Source: Octopus vulgaris (lineage: Eukaryota). From it: 64,000 bases of DNA. Every line of letters begins with the position of its first letter. Position 1 is the first letter of the stretch. The stretch lies in the NCBI GenBank assembly GCA_951406725.2, contig OX597816.1, positions 152,458,001 through 152,522,000 on the forward strand, given 5' to 3'. This document shows positions 62,975 through 64,000 of the stretch, in pieces. A program made the position numbers and the translations under genes. The notes beneath the pieces are model-generated. The model saw nothing but the letters and a program-made list of their open reading frames with translations, searched no databases and was not told where the DNA came from.

Positions 62975-64000
62975 AAAAAATGAAGTTCGAAAATGCTGCT
63001 ATATTATACAATTTTTAATTTTTTTATATACATTATAACATGTTTCAGTTCCTGAAATGAACCTTATCAAAAAAAGTTATATATAAAAAAAGACAGCTCA
63101 TGCCGTCAAACACAAGAAATTCATTTATAATACACAACGGAGTCAGACATCTTAGAGTTCATGTATAGTTGATATATAGTTTGAAGTAAGTTCATTCATG
63201 CTATATGTTCAAAGTGTTCGATGCAGTGGCCCACGGTGGCGATACGTATTCAATACAAAAAACAGATCAAAGTGGTGGAAAGCAGTCAATACAGAAGATT
63301 GATGTTTCCGAAAGAGCGAGGAATTCATTTTTACCTTAAGCAATTGTGATGACCCATGGTGGGTGTTCGCTGGGTGGTTCTAGTGAGTCTTGTGAATTGC
63401 TCGGTTTTATAATGCCTGTTAGGTGGTCAGTCCAGCGTAGCGTGACGTCATCAACGTTTTGACCAATCGTTTCGTTAGGTGGCTTTAGTCAAGCAGAACG
63501 GGACGTCATCATCATTTTGACCAATCGCTGTATTATAACTGCCTCTTGTCTGTTTCCTGTTTTGACCAGTCGCTTCGTTAGGTGGCTTAGTCAAGCAGAA
63601 CGGGACGTCATCCAGATTCTGCCCAATCACGACTTATAGCTACATTAGATCTGCCCCCTGTCTGTACTTGTTAGGTGACTAGTCAAGCAGAAAAGGACGT
63701 CATCAATATTCTGACTAATGACTGTCCCCTGTTTGTATCCTGTCCATTCTAGTAGAACTAGACGTCATCAACGTGTTGACCAATCAGAATCGGGTCTGAC
63801 CCTTAGCTATATCGTATGTATCAGGGTCAGATTTGCACGAAAGAATTTTTTTCCCTTTTTTACTAAGGCATATTTCCGTCAGTGCGAGTGTCTGTTTAAG
63901 GTAGCGGCCGTGGTGGAATTTTGCTTCTCCTTTTCGGAGGACTTATCTTTTGTTTTAGTATTCCTGGCCCAGGGTGTTTAAACTTGGTCTAAATTTTTTT
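62970..64000 (-). mobile_element. Longer member of the 46040 family with tandem subrepeats, truncated by window end
   Basis: Same terminus ttgtaaaaaatgaagtt.gaaaatgctgc; about five repeats of gttaggtgg..tagtcaagcagaacgggacgtcatc..gaccaatc at 63417-63790. Confidence 0.65.

Noticed and set aside
63417-63800. CRISPR-like repeat-spacer appearance
   Set aside because: Eukaryotic context, degenerate repeats, spacers similar to each other, no cas genes.

Overview
AT-rich, microsatellite-dense eukaryotic DNA. The tRNA-headed SINE families, (TA)n/(CA)n/(TACA)n tracts and repeat mix suggest an octopus/coleoid cephalopod genome (inference). Only one host gene is supportable: a heparan sulfate glucosamine 3-O-sulfotransferase (HS3ST-like) with a single coding exon on the minus strand (16086-17096). 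The rest is mostly transposon debris: an Academ-like long-TIR element with an XPG-like nuclease remnant, mariner/Tc1 relics, hAT, pogo and CACTA-like MITEs, Helitron-like elements, RTE, CR1, R4/Dong, CRE and HERO LINE fragments, SINEs, and two Penelope-like elements (PLEs) with GIY-YIG remnants. The most notable signal is about a dozen fold-back (inverted-repeat) inserts in (TA)n tracts. Many carry type I hammerhead ribozyme motifs, including a compensatory U3-A8 core variant in two families. There is also a 416-nt rod-like hairpin whose mismatches are mostly G.U on one strand. All structures were read by eye, no folding or database search was run, and the repeat boundaries are approximate.
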